From contig JBAXTC010000002.1 of the NCBI GenBank assembly GCA_037130375.1, forward strand, positions 1-53,906: a stretch of 53,906 nt of DNA, written 5' to 3'. Source of the stretch: Verrucomicrobiota bacterium (GTDB lineage: Bacteria > Verrucomicrobiota > Verrucomicrobiia > Limisphaerales > UBA8199). Of the stretch, positions 8,109 to 17,666 are shown one piece after another. The translations under genes were made by a program, and so were the position numbers. The stretch's first letter is position 1, and every line of letters begins with the position of its first letter. The notes under the pieces were generated by a model. That model did not search any database. It was not told the DNA's origin and saw nothing but the letters and a program-made list of their open reading frames with translations.

Positions 8109-9035
8109 ATGCTGGAATCTGCGACAAAGCACGTGGCTTGGAACCGGTACTTTCCGGATGCGCTTCGGATTGTGGCGGTTTTGGTAGAGGACCAGGAAGA
8201 TTATCCACCGCATGATCACAAATTTGTCGAAGTGGTGGTGGTGTGCGGAGGCGAGGGCTTCCAGGAAACCGCTCTAGGGAAAAGTAAGATCTCGCGGGGC
8301 GACGTCACTGTCTTTCGGCCCGGCGCTTGGCATGCCTACACCGACTGTCAAAAGCTCCGGCTCTACGATTGCTGCTTCGATCCTGGAATCCTGGGCCGGG
8401 AATTGGGCTGGATGATTGACGATCCGTGGCTGGGCCGCTTGTTATGGAGCATCCCCCTGTCCCCCGCCCAGTATGGGACGGCTTTCCTGCATCTGCACAA
8501 ATCTGAATTGAACCGTTGCCAGAACGTGCTCAAGGAACTTTGCTCCTTGAGCACGGCCGACAAGGCCAGTTATCGCGCCTACCAACTGGGACTGTTGATA
8601 TTGTTGCTTAGCACCCTGGCGCGTGAACTGCCTGCAGAAGCGACCCGCAAACCAGGGAAGCCCAACCCATCGGTAGTAGCCGCGCTGAAGCTCATTGACG
8701 ATAATCCGGAGCACCCCTGGACTTTGGACGCTCTGGCAGCCCGGGTGCATGTTTTGCCCGAGTATCTTGTTCGGGCGTTCGGAAACGTTGCCGGCCTGCC
8801 ACCCATGGCTTATTTGCGAAGGCGCCGACTCGAACTGGCAACCACCTTGCTCGTCCGCTCGGGCCAATCGGTTGGCGAAGTTGGCAATCTCGTGGGTTGG
8901 CCGGACGCAAACTACTTCACGCGGCGGTTCCGCGCGGAATTCGGCCTGACACCTTCCGCTTACCGGACACGGTTTGCGAACGTGCCTGGGATCCCGGGAA
9001 ACGGGAATTCCAAACCGCGCCACCTGGCTGGATGA
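8109..9035 (+). CDS. AraC family transcriptional regulator (cupin-like sensor plus AraC-type HTH)
   Basis: 308 aa. The C-terminal part WTLDALAARVHVLPEYLVRAFGNVAGLPPMAYLRRRRLELATTLLVRSGQSVGEVGNLVGWPDANYFTRRFRAEFGLTPSAYR is a classic AraC double HTH. The N-terminus is cupin-like (HDHKFVEVVVV...GAWHAY). Confidence 0.88.
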   Translation: MLESATKHVAWNRYFPDALRIVAVLVEDQEDYPPHDHKFVEVVVVCGGEGFQETALGKSKISRGDVTVFRPGAWHAYTDCQKLRLYDCCFDPGILGRELGWMIDDPWLGRLLWSIPLSPAQYGTAFLHLHKSELNRCQNVLKELCSLSTADKASYRAYQLGLLILLLSTLARELPAEATRKPGKPNPSVVAALKLIDDNPEHPWTLDALAARVHVLPEYLVRAFGNVAGLPPMAYLRRRRLELATTLLVRSGQSVGEVGNLVGWPDANYFTRRFRAEFGLTPSAYRTRFANVPGIPGNGNSKPRHLAG

Positions 9036-9042
9036 CCGGGTT

Positions 9043-10560
9043 TCATTTTCGGAAGCCGGTGCTACAAGGAAGCGGGTTCAGGGCGAGCGGCTGAGCGGCC
9101 CGCATTTCCTCCAAGCGGCGGCGAGTAATCGGATACTTCAGGAGGGGCATCAAAGATCCCAAGCACATGAAACCTCCGACCACAAAGGTCACGAAACCTA
9201 ACCGCCAGATCGCCTGGGGACTTTGGTTCATTGCTTCCACGTCCTCCGCTACTCTGTAGCCGATTAGATGCAGGCCGAAGCCAGAGGTAAGCATGCCGAT
9301 CGAACAGGCCAGCCGGTTGGCCAGGCTGAAGACCGACGCATAGGTGCCCTCCTTTTCCAGGCCCGTTTGCAGTCGATAAATCTCGGACAGATCGGCAATC
9401 ATCGCCGTAGCGATCGGGATCATGATGCCGACGCCAAGCCAGTAACTGGCGTGAAAGACGACGAAGGTCCATAAGGCTAACGGAAAACTGGTTCCACCCA
9501 TGTGTAAAATTGTCCCTGGCGGCACGAGCCCGGTGAGGAAGATCAGAGCCAGAGCGATGTTGGCCCCGGAGCCGATCAATCCGCCCACCAACACCGTGCC
9601 TTTCTTGTCAAATCGCCTCGTCAGTCTCACAGAGAAAAATGCGCCCACCGCCCACCCCACCATCGTAGTGGTGTGAGCGAGGGTCTTTTCATTGGCCGAG
9701 AACTTCATGAAATCGTCGTAAATGAATACTTGCAAGGCACTCACCCACATGCTGCCAATACCAATCACCAGCACAAAAGTAAAAACGCGGCGTATGTTGG
9801 GGTCAAACAGGATCTGCTTCATATTGAACATGAACTTCCTGGTCTCGCCGCCGTCGGCATTCCGGAGCGCGTGACGCGTATCCTTGCGCCCGCGAAATGT
9901 GCCAGCCACGACCAACAGGACGAAAAACAGCGTGGCCAGCGAGAATAGCATCCCCATCCGGAAATAATTCGCGGCCACAGTGGTCCCGCGGATGCCACCC
10001 CGATCCTGAAAAAAGAGCGACCACGCCATGGCTGGACCGGCGAGATTAGCCGCCATGTTAAATATTTGTCTTATGCTCTGGAGCCGGGAACGCCCCTGAT
10101 AATCGGCGCACATTTCAAAGCCCAGCGCCATATAGGGAATGCAGAACAGGGTGAGCCCCGTCCGCAAGACCAGGTTGAGCAGCACTAGATACCAGAAGAT
10201 TGACAACTGGCTGGTCCGAAACACCGCCGGCACGGCCCAAATCAGGTAAGAACAAGCGGCCATGAGCAAGCCACCGACAACCATATAGGGATGCCGCCTG
10301 CCCCAGTGGCTGCGGGTATTATCGCTGACATGCCCCATTACCGGTTCGGTAATCGCCTCCCAGACCACCGACATCGACATGGCGATGCCCGCCCAGGCAG
10401 GATCCAATCGCAGTGCCTTGGTGTAGTACAGCATCGCAAAAGCGAAAATGCTGTTCATCACCAATGAACTCGCGCACTCGCCCGACCCATAAATCAGCAT
10501 CCGGAATAACGAGCATGACGTCGGTGTGGCAGCAGCCCGCGCCGTGGATTCCTGATTCAC
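9043..10560 (-). CDS. MFS transporter, glycoside-pentoside-hexuronide (GPH):cation symporter family
   Basis: 505 aa with about 12 hydrophobic segments. It has a GPH-type loop signature PVMGHVSDNTRSHWGRRHPYMVVGG. It converges on the AraC gene with a 7-bp gap. Confidence 0.85.
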   Translation of the reverse strand: MNQESTARAAATPTSCSLFRMLIYGSGECASSLVMNSIFAFAMLYYTKALRLDPAWAGIAMSMSVVWEAITEPVMGHVSDNTRSHWGRRHPYMVVGGLLMAACSYLIWAVPAVFRTSQLSIFWYLVLLNLVLRTGLTLFCIPYMALGFEMCADYQGRSRLQSIRQIFNMAANLAGPAMAWSLFFQDRGGIRGTTVAANYFRMGMLFSLATLFFVLLVVAGTFRGRKDTRHALRNADGGETRKFMFNMKQILFDPNIRRVFTFVLVIGIGSMWVSALQVFIYDDFMKFSANEKTLAHTTTMVGWAVGAFFSVRLTRRFDKKGTVLVGGLIGSGANIALALIFLTGLVPPGTILHMGGTSFPLALWTFVVFHASYWLGVGIMIPIATAMIADLSEIYRLQTGLEKEGTYASVFSLANRLACSIGMLTSGFGLHLIGYRVAEDVEAMNQSPQAIWRLGFVTFVVGGFMCLGSLMPLLKYPITRRRLEEMRAAQPLALNPLPCSTGFRK

Positions 10561-10768
10561 GCCTTCTTAGTAAGCTGGTGCGCATCCAATAGCGAGACCA
10601 ATGAATCTGCGGATGATGACGAAGTCTGCTTGCATCGGCATCACTTTTCCTGAAGCATCGCCTCTCAGTGTTATGAACTTATCCGGTACCGCGGTCATGT
10701 TCCCGGCGAAAGCGGTCAGGATCTGGTAATGCGCCGGCAAACAAGTTAGTGAAAATTGTTTTCTAATT
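10561..10768. promoter_or_regulatory. Divergent intergenic region (GPH transporter <-> 1161-aa protein gene), presumed promoters and AraC target
   Basis: This rests on position only: 208 bp between divergent genes next to an AraC regulator. No repeat motif was identified. Confidence 0.3.
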
Positions 10769-13700
10769 ATGGACTCGTATCGGCCACATTTTCACTCTGC
10801 GATTCTTTTTTTGGGGTGTTTCAGTCTCGCTGTCCCCGCGCTCGGCGGTAAGGCATTAGACCCCGCCTGGGGTTCGGCGTGGAAAAAACAGATTCCGCAG
10901 TCCTCATCTTTCTACGACCTGGTGGGCCGGGGAGAGTCGTTTTCAACTTGCGATGGCACGCGGCAATTCAATCGGGGGATCAAACGCGATGACACCGTTC
11001 TGGTCACGGGTGATCGGGCGCGATTCGCCATGCTGCGCATCCTGCCCGAAGATACTGTAATGCCGGATTTTCAGAAATTCGGTGATGGGCGGGTTCAAAT
11101 CACCTATCAAGGGCAGAAGCATTGGCTCGATTCGATGAAGGGGTGCAAAACAACTTTCTATCCCGGCGCGACGGAGTATCGGTGGGCGGCGACAACGATT
11201 CCGGGGCTTCAGGCGAATTTGCTGGTGACGCAGGCAGAGGACTGGGGATTGGTGGCGCGCCTTTCACTGATCAACACCTCGACCCAACCCCTGAAAGTCC
11301 AAGCCGACTGGATCTGGGGGGGCGGGGCGCGCATCACCCGGACCCTTCATGCGGAATATTTTCCTCCAGAACGCGACGACACCCCCGGGGACAGGGTTTC
11401 GCTGGGCGATACGAGCGCGACGCTCCAAAAGGACCAACTTCCTTATCTTGCCACCGTGGCCACCTATCCGCTGAAGCAGCCCGTCCTTTCGATATCGAGA
11501 GTTGTTTATTCTCACAGCCTCAACCTGAAGCCGGGAAAAGCCAAGTCGGTCTATCTTGTCGCCAGTCATTCCGATCCGAAAAATGGGGCTGACCACCGGG
11601 TGGTTGACGTCAAACCTGAGAAACTGATCAGCGAAAGCCGGAGGTATTATGAGATAATGTTGACACCCTATGCCATCTCAACTCCAAACCCTGTTCTCGA
11701 TTCGGGCTTTTTCACCGGCATCGCGAATCTGGATTATGAATATACGGCCCCGGCCTGGCTGGAGGGGGTGCATTGGTGGGCCGCTTCGTTTCCCAACATT
11801 TCCCAGATAAATGCTGCGATGCTGCTGGGTCAGCAAGAGCGGGCGCGCAAAGCCCTCACCGCATTCGGGCTGGCTAAGGAGGCGGATTATGTCTTTTACA
11901 CCGCTTCCGGCAAAGCCAGCGGTAGCGGTAGCGGGATTTATGATTATGATGCCTTCCCCTACCATCTTCGCGATGTGATGCAGTATTACGATTTTACCGG
12001 AGATCGCGCCCTGCTGGAGCGGTTTTGGCCCCGGCTGATGTCGGCCACTCAAAAAATGTGGAAATTGTATGCCGGGTCCGACAATTTGCTGCTCAAGTTC
12101 CACATGGGCTGTAATTGCCTGATGTATCAGGCGGATTGCCTGGGCCTGCCGGGCCTGGGCGCATCGCCGAGCCTGATTATGGCGGGCTTGCCTGAGCGGT
12201 TGGGCGATCTGGCCACGTCCCTGGGGAAAACAAACGACGCCCGATTGCTCAGGGATCGCACCGCGGCGATGTTCGAGGCGTTACAAGCGAAGTTGTGGAA
12301 TCCGGCGATGGGTTATTTCTACAATCATGTTGATTTGCAGGGCGTGCCCCACACGACCCACTATTATTCCGATTTTGTCTGGCCGACTATCTATACCAGT
12401 CTTGATGTCAAGTATGGCTGGCAGAGCCTCTTTGCCATGAATCATGCCCTCTGGGTGAATCCCAAGGGGACGGAGCCGCCGCTCATGCGAGTTGGGGACC
12501 TGAAGCCCTCCATGTTTGGCGATGATAATGTCATGCCGTTCCAGATGGCGGAGGCCGCCCGCGCCTACTTCCGAATTGGGGATAAGGATCGCGGGACGAA
12601 ACTGCTTGAATCGGTCGCCCTGGCCAGCACGGTATTCACCGAGGCGCCCGGCAATTTTCCCGAGCGAATGACCGATGCGGGGCGCGGTGACGCCAACTAC
12701 ATTTTTGGTCCTCCGACGGGCGCTTATCTCATGGCGTTGATTGATGGCCTTTTTGGTCTCGAGCTGACGGACGGCGGCAAAGCCATCGCATGGCGGCCGG
12801 GTTTCCCCGAATCGTGGGATAGCGCTCATTTGAAAGTTACCTATGCGGAACTGACGTATCAAGGCAAGACCAGAGCGGAGGTTCGGACGGATCGTTACGC
12901 GGTGAAAAGTTCCACGCCCAAGGGACTCAAGTTTTCGATTTTCCTCAAGCCCGCCAAGGTTTTGCAAGTGCGGGATAATGGGCGGCCAGTGAATTACACG
13001 CTAACGCCGGCGCTGGACACGATGCTCCTTGAATTTACGGAACCGGCTGCGGCTTCGCACACGGTTGAAATTCGAACCGCCCCCATCGTCATCAAAGTCA
13101 CGGGGCCGTCGGTGGCGGGCGTGGGCCTTCCCGTGGCCTGGGATCTGGGCGCGAAGATAGAGAACGTCCTGGACCCCCAGCATGTTGTGAGCGGGCTGAA
13201 AGTGGACGGGAACGTTGTGAAAGGCGAAGCGGGGATGGTAACCGGTTGGCATCAGTTCTTCGTGGAGCTTGCCGATTGGCCGGTGATCAAGAACGTGGAG
13301 GTCGAGATTCGCCCGCGCTATGAGTTGGATTGCAGTCGGGCGGTGTACGATTCCGGGCAACGCACCCTTGAAATTGCGACTCGCGTCGCGTCTCCGGGGA
13401 CTATTCCTGCGGAGGCCAAGCTGAGGCTGACTTTCATGAACCAGGAGGCAAACGTAAAACTGGATTGGCCGGGCGCGGGCGAAACGACCAGGACACTGGA
13501 GTTCACGAACATTCCCCTGCTGCCAGAGGGCGTGTATGCGGTCAACTGCGCAATCATGGATGGCGCGAGCGTTGTTTTTGAGAACACGAATAACGTAACG
13601 CTGGCCGGGCTGGACGCTGCGGCCGACATCGCCATGCGAAAACTGCGCGACGAACGCACGCAGCGAGTGGACCTTTCAAAAGCCTACAACACCGACACCA

Positions 13701-14254
13701 TTCGCATCCAATCCCATTGGAACAATGGGACGAAGTATGTGGTGGATCGGGCGGCCTACGCCAAGGAAGGGGGACTGGTCAAGACCGTGGCAGGCGATTT
13801 CAACATTCCCATGACGGGACCTTACATGGCCATGGTGGAATGTGGCTCTTCCGACGCGGCGACCAGAGAGCTGCTGAAAACCGACAAGCCCGCGAGCATC
13901 ACGATCCCCATCGGAAAGAGAGCACTGGGGCTGACCCTACTCTATGCCTGCGAGCATGAAAGCCGAAACACCTTTGAAAGGTTGGGGCATTTGCTACTCA
14001 AATACAAAGACGGGCATCAGATGGAAATCGCCCTCGTCTCGACCAAAAATGTGGATACTGTCATTGGACATTTCGCCAAAGAGACGATTCCATTGAAGGT
14101 TAAAATTGTGGACCAGGACGTTTGGATATCCTCGATCGATATCTTGAGGATTCCATGCGATCCGGCCCGAGTGCTGGAGTCGTTGCGGATTGAAGCCAAT
14201 CTAGCCGACTTTGAACTCGGGCTAATTGGCGCGAACGTCATCGCGCCCGAGTGA
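10769..14254 (+). CDS. Large secreted protein of unassigned family; central region resembles an (alpha/alpha)6-barrel glycoside hydrolase / GDE_C-like fold
   Basis: 1161-aa uninterrupted ORF with signal-like N-terminus (AILFLGCFSLAVPALG). The segment YDYDAFPYHLRDVMQYYDFTGDRALLERFWPRLMSATQKMW resembles six-hairpin glycosidase helices. I cannot assign a CAZy family by eye. Confidence 0.6.
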   Translation: MDSYRPHFHSAILFLGCFSLAVPALGGKALDPAWGSAWKKQIPQSSSFYDLVGRGESFSTCDGTRQFNRGIKRDDTVLVTGDRARFAMLRILPEDTVMPDFQKFGDGRVQITYQGQKHWLDSMKGCKTTFYPGATEYRWAATTIPGLQANLLVTQAEDWGLVARLSLINTSTQPLKVQADWIWGGGARITRTLHAEYFPPERDDTPGDRVSLGDTSATLQKDQLPYLATVATYPLKQPVLSISRVVYSHSLNLKPGKAKSVYLVASHSDPKNGADHRVVDVKPEKLISESRRYYEIMLTPYAISTPNPVLDSGFFTGIANLDYEYTAPAWLEGVHWWAASFPNISQINAAMLLGQQERARKALTAFGLAKEADYVFYTASGKASGSGSGIYDYDAFPYHLRDVMQYYDFTGDRALLERFWPRLMSATQKMWKLYAGSDNLLLKFHMGCNCLMYQADCLGLPGLGASPSLIMAGLPERLGDLATSLGKTNDARLLRDRTAAMFEALQAKLWNPAMGYFYNHVDLQGVPHTTHYYSDFVWPTIYTSLDVKYGWQSLFAMNHALWVNPKGTEPPLMRVGDLKPSMFGDDNVMPFQMAEAARAYFRIGDKDRGTKLLESVALASTVFTEAPGNFPERMTDAGRGDANYIFGPPTGAYLMALIDGLFGLELTDGGKAIAWRPGFPESWDSAHLKVTYAELTYQGKTRAEVRTDRYAVKSSTPKGLKFSIFLKPAKVLQVRDNGRPVNYTLTPALDTMLLEFTEPAAASHTVEIRTAPIVIKVTGPSVAGVGLPVAWDLGAKIENVLDPQHVVSGLKVDGNVVKGEAGMVTGWHQFFVELADWPVIKNVEVEIRPRYELDCSRAVYDSGQRTLEIATRVASPGTIPAEAKLRLTFMNQEANVKLDWPGAGETTRTLEFTNIPLLPEGVYAVNCAIMDGASVVFENTNNVTLAGLDAAADIAMRKLRDERTQRVDLSKAYNTDTIRIQSHWNNGTKYVVDRAAYAKEGGLVKTVAGDFNIPMTGPYMAMVECGSSDAATRELLKTDKPASITIPIGKRALGLTLLYACEHESRNTFERLGHLLLKYKDGHQMEIALVSTKNVDTVIGHFAKETIPLKVKIVDQDVWISSIDILRIPCDPARVLESLRIEANLADFELGLIGANVIAPE

Positions 14255-14307
14255 GAAAAACGGAGTCGGGTTATTTGCCAGTTCCCCCGGGCGCGCTTCG
14301 TTGCGTT

Positions 14308-16557
14308 TCACCAGCTCAGACTGAACCAGAACGTGTCGCCCTTCTCAAAGTTGACATAAATGGTGCCGCCTTCGCGCCGTTCAATTTTGCCCGTGATGGG
14401 CTTGATCCTCACCCCCTTGGGCACAGCGATGGGCTTGAGGCCAGCCTGACCGGAGTGGATCATCAGGAAGCGACCGTCGGTGACGACCACCGAACCGTCA
14501 TCGGTCCAGAGGTTAACGCCAGCACTCTTAAAAAGCCGCCCCAGCGCCGCCGCCGACACCCCCACCTCCCCCAGGTACAGGCTGCGCATTTTGCCCACCT
14601 GCTTGCTGGCCGAGGAGACGGCGCCATCGCCATGGTAGTGGCCCAGCGGTTCGGCGGTCTTGTCCGCCACCACGAAGCGCGGTTTGAAATTCATTGAACC
14701 CAGACTTTCCCCCGCCAGCATGCCTGCGCCTTGGCTGGTCGCCGGCCCGTCATCGGCGGCGATCTTGATGCCGGTGAGCGCTTCCATCCGCAACGGGTCC
14801 GGCCCATTGGGGCCGAGGTAGCCCGCCGCGTAGTTCCAGATAGCGGTTGCCCCTTCACGCTCCAGTCGCCCGCGAATGGCCTTGATCTGCGCATCCGACA
14901 ACTGGAAGGCATTGGGGAAGAGGTGAACCTTGCACGGTGGGACGACTCCACTGATAAAATCATCGAGCAGATAATACCCGATGGCCGTGCCGGAGAGATC
15001 GCATTGGTTGCGCAACATACCCAGCGACCGCGAGAACATATCCCAATCGCTGCGAACCGAGAGCCGCGAGCGCTCATCCACGATTACAGCCACCTCTGGA
15101 CGATATGGGTTGGGCCGATCGTAAATGTTCTGGTAGATTTTCTTGCGCTCTTCGAGCATCTGCCAAAGAGCCGGATGCTGGAACGCGCCTGCGCCTGGCA
15201 GATCACACCACCAGATTCCGGCCCGGTGCGCAAACGTCATCCCCAGGTTCCGCTCCAGCATCGCTTGCGTGTCGTGGAGGTCCCTCGCCAGCTTGTCATA
15301 AGGCTGGGGCGTGATCGGCGGCTGGAACCATGCCCGGTACCACGCGGGGGCGTCTTTTAGTTCAATGAACGCCGTCCGCGTATCGTCCTCGCTGAGCCAG
15401 AGCTTGCCGCGGGCGCTGATGGAATCAACGGGCGACATGAATCCGGCCGGCTCGCCGAGTTGGCGGACCGCATACGAAACCGGACTCATGAGGACGTCAA
15501 CCTCGGGGCAGGACAAGACTTTATCCAACGCATAATGGCCGCTGAAACTGCCCCCGATTTCAAAGACATAGCCTTGGCAAAACATGTTGAGTTTCCGGCC
15601 ACCCGAAGCCTGCTTGACCGTCCGGGCCCAATCAATCACCCGACTGGCCACCAAGTCACTATAATAATCGGAATAATCAACCCAGTCCTGTTCCCCAGGA
15701 ATGTTGTAGAAGACCTTGATCGGACTGCCATCGCCTGTGCTGCGCATCGGGAAGCGTCCTTTTTCCGGCCGGGGAATTCCAGCCTGCGCCAGCGTGGCCT
15801 TGGGGTTGCCCCAGGCCTTGCCCAGCACGCCGTCCGTCTTATATTTTCCCGCCAGCCACTTGCGGAAAAGCCGCTGGCTGGCCAGGCTGTAGTCCGGTCC
15901 TTTTTCGGTGTAACCCGGGGGGAACATTTCAAATTCCGGCCCGCCCAGGTGATAACCCAGCATCCGGTTGGCGAAACGGCCGGACTCGAAATGGCTGACG
16001 ATGCGCGTCGTCTCTTCGCGGAACGAGCGCGCAAAATAGTCCGAAGCGATCGAGATGTGCGGCGCTATAGTCGTCCCGTCGTCGAAGACCATCATCTCGT
16101 CGGGGGCAATAGCTTTCCAATCCTTCCACTGAGGAGTGGGCCAGGGGAAGGCGCGCAGGAAGAAGACCGCCTGCGGATCAACTTGAATGAAGGTATCGAG
16201 ATACTTTTCTGCCGCCGTGAAGTCTATGTTGGTCCCATCGGACGCGCGCGGAAAATGGATCAGTAGGCCATAAATATGTATGCCCGCCTGGACGGCCAGC
16301 TTGACTTGAGGATCCTGGTGAAGCTTCAGGTAGTTCGTTGACGTTTCGATATTGAACCAGAAAATGATCGGCAGGACTGGCTGCTCGTTGATCAGCATCC
16401 GGGGCATGCCGCCCTGGTTGTCAATCCGCGCTTGGGAAATGCCCACGAACGGTGTGGCGGCGGCCAGGGCCACTAGCCTCAGCCCGAACGTGGCCATCAT
16501 CAAAACTGTAGCGAGCAATGAATTGCGCATCTGATCTCCATCATTTCCAGAAAGCAT
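14308..16557 (-). CDS. Putative glycoside hydrolase with GH42-type middle (trimerisation/GATase1-like) domain
   Basis: 749 aa with signal-like N-terminus (LLATVLMMATFGLRLVALAAA). The central block VAVIVDERSRLSV...AIGYYLLDDFISGVVPPCKVHLFPNAFQLSDAQIKAIRGRLEREGATAIWNYAAGYLG resembles the GH42 middle domain. The catalytic-family assignment is tentative. Confidence 0.5.
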   Translation of the reverse strand: MLSGNDGDQMRNSLLATVLMMATFGLRLVALAAATPFVGISQARIDNQGGMPRMLINEQPVLPIIFWFNIETSTNYLKLHQDPQVKLAVQAGIHIYGLLIHFPRASDGTNIDFTAAEKYLDTFIQVDPQAVFFLRAFPWPTPQWKDWKAIAPDEMMVFDDGTTIAPHISIASDYFARSFREETTRIVSHFESGRFANRMLGYHLGGPEFEMFPPGYTEKGPDYSLASQRLFRKWLAGKYKTDGVLGKAWGNPKATLAQAGIPRPEKGRFPMRSTGDGSPIKVFYNIPGEQDWVDYSDYYSDLVASRVIDWARTVKQASGGRKLNMFCQGYVFEIGGSFSGHYALDKVLSCPEVDVLMSPVSYAVRQLGEPAGFMSPVDSISARGKLWLSEDDTRTAFIELKDAPAWYRAWFQPPITPQPYDKLARDLHDTQAMLERNLGMTFAHRAGIWWCDLPGAGAFQHPALWQMLEERKKIYQNIYDRPNPYRPEVAVIVDERSRLSVRSDWDMFSRSLGMLRNQCDLSGTAIGYYLLDDFISGVVPPCKVHLFPNAFQLSDAQIKAIRGRLEREGATAIWNYAAGYLGPNGPDPLRMEALTGIKIAADDGPATSQGAGMLAGESLGSMNFKPRFVVADKTAEPLGHYHGDGAVSSASKQVGKMRSLYLGEVGVSAAALGRLFKSAGVNLWTDDGSVVVTDGRFLMIHSGQAGLKPIAVPKGVRIKPITGKIERREGGTIYVNFEKGDTFWFSLSW

Positions 16558-16761
16558 GAGTCAGTCACGTCAATACCACGCCGATGACGGTCAGACATTT
16601 TCCGAAGCTCACAGACCCAAACCTTCGTGCGGCTGGGATACCACACGGGCGCACTGGTCGGGTCGGGTTGTAGGGGAGCGGGATCAGCGCACCCGAAGGC
16701 AAGCGCTCCGCAAAGAACCAATTTATATGGCCAATCGCATACCAATGCCGAGCCGTGGGAT

Positions 16762-17619
16762 TTATTTTGCTGGGGTTTTTCCGCTGGCTGCTTGTTTGTC
16801 CTTAAATGTCTCCCCGAAGAAAGAGAGTTGGTAGCTGACGGCCACCTTCCAGTAAGGGTCGTCGTGGTGGCCTGGGCGTTCGACATACACGTGCGGAATA
16901 TCCATTGCCAGCAGCTTTTTATGCAGCGCGCGATTGACATCGACGAAAAGGTCTTTTGTCCCGACATCCATGTAGATGGTCACCTCACCGGGTTTTAGAC
17001 CGTCCAGGTTATTGAGCACGACATGCTCGTCCCAGCGCTTTGGAAATTGATCGATCGGGCCAAGTGCTTGCTTGATGTCCCAGTTCTCCGGAAACGGCCG
17101 AAAGTCCACACCACCGCTCAGACTGCCGACGGAGCCGAAGACATCTTTGTGGCGCAAACCGATGAACAGCCCGCCATGTCCACCCATGCTGCCGCCGGTG
17201 ATAGCCCTGGCCCAAGGGAACGGGATGGTCCGATAATGCTTGTCAGAAAAGTGGACAAACTCTCTGGCGATAAAGGTCTCATACTTGCGCGCTGGCTGGG
17301 CGGGGCTGTCGAAATACCAGGAATTGTAACCTCCATCGGGCAAGAAAATGATCATTTGTTGATTATCGGCAGCGGTGTGAAACACGTTGGTAAGAAGATC
17401 GAGTGTTTGGCGGGGGCTGCTCGAATAGCCGTGGAGCAAATAAACTGCCGGATAAGAAGCCCCGGTGCTAAAGTAAGACTCGGGCAAGATGACGATGCCG
17501 GGGATTTGCTTATCCATCGATGGACTGGGTATGGTTATGTCTTGTACCCGAGCCGAGTGAGCCACGTTGGTCACGATGAGGGCGAGCGCGTAAAGGAGAA
17601 TAGCTGTTCGTTGCATCAT
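16762..17619 (-). CDS. Esterase family protein (esterase D / CE1-like serine hydrolase)
   Basis: 285 aa with a signal-like N-terminus. It has a GxSxG nucleophile elbow (ITGGSMGGHGG), LLHGYSSS, and a C-terminal HHDDPYW-type His region. Confidence 0.8.
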   Translation of the reverse strand: MMQRTAILLYALALIVTNVAHSARVQDITIPSPSMDKQIPGIVILPESYFSTGASYPAVYLLHGYSSSPRQTLDLLTNVFHTAADNQQMIIFLPDGGYNSWYFDSPAQPARKYETFIAREFVHFSDKHYRTIPFPWARAITGGSMGGHGGLFIGLRHKDVFGSVGSLSGGVDFRPFPENWDIKQALGPIDQFPKRWDEHVVLNNLDGLKPGEVTIYMDVGTKDLFVDVNRALHKKLLAMDIPHVYVERPGHHDDPYWKVAVSYQLSFFGETFKDKQAASGKTPAK

Positions 17620-17666
17620 TCAGGCAGTTATCCGTATAAAGATGTGGATGAAGTCATAACAAGAGA

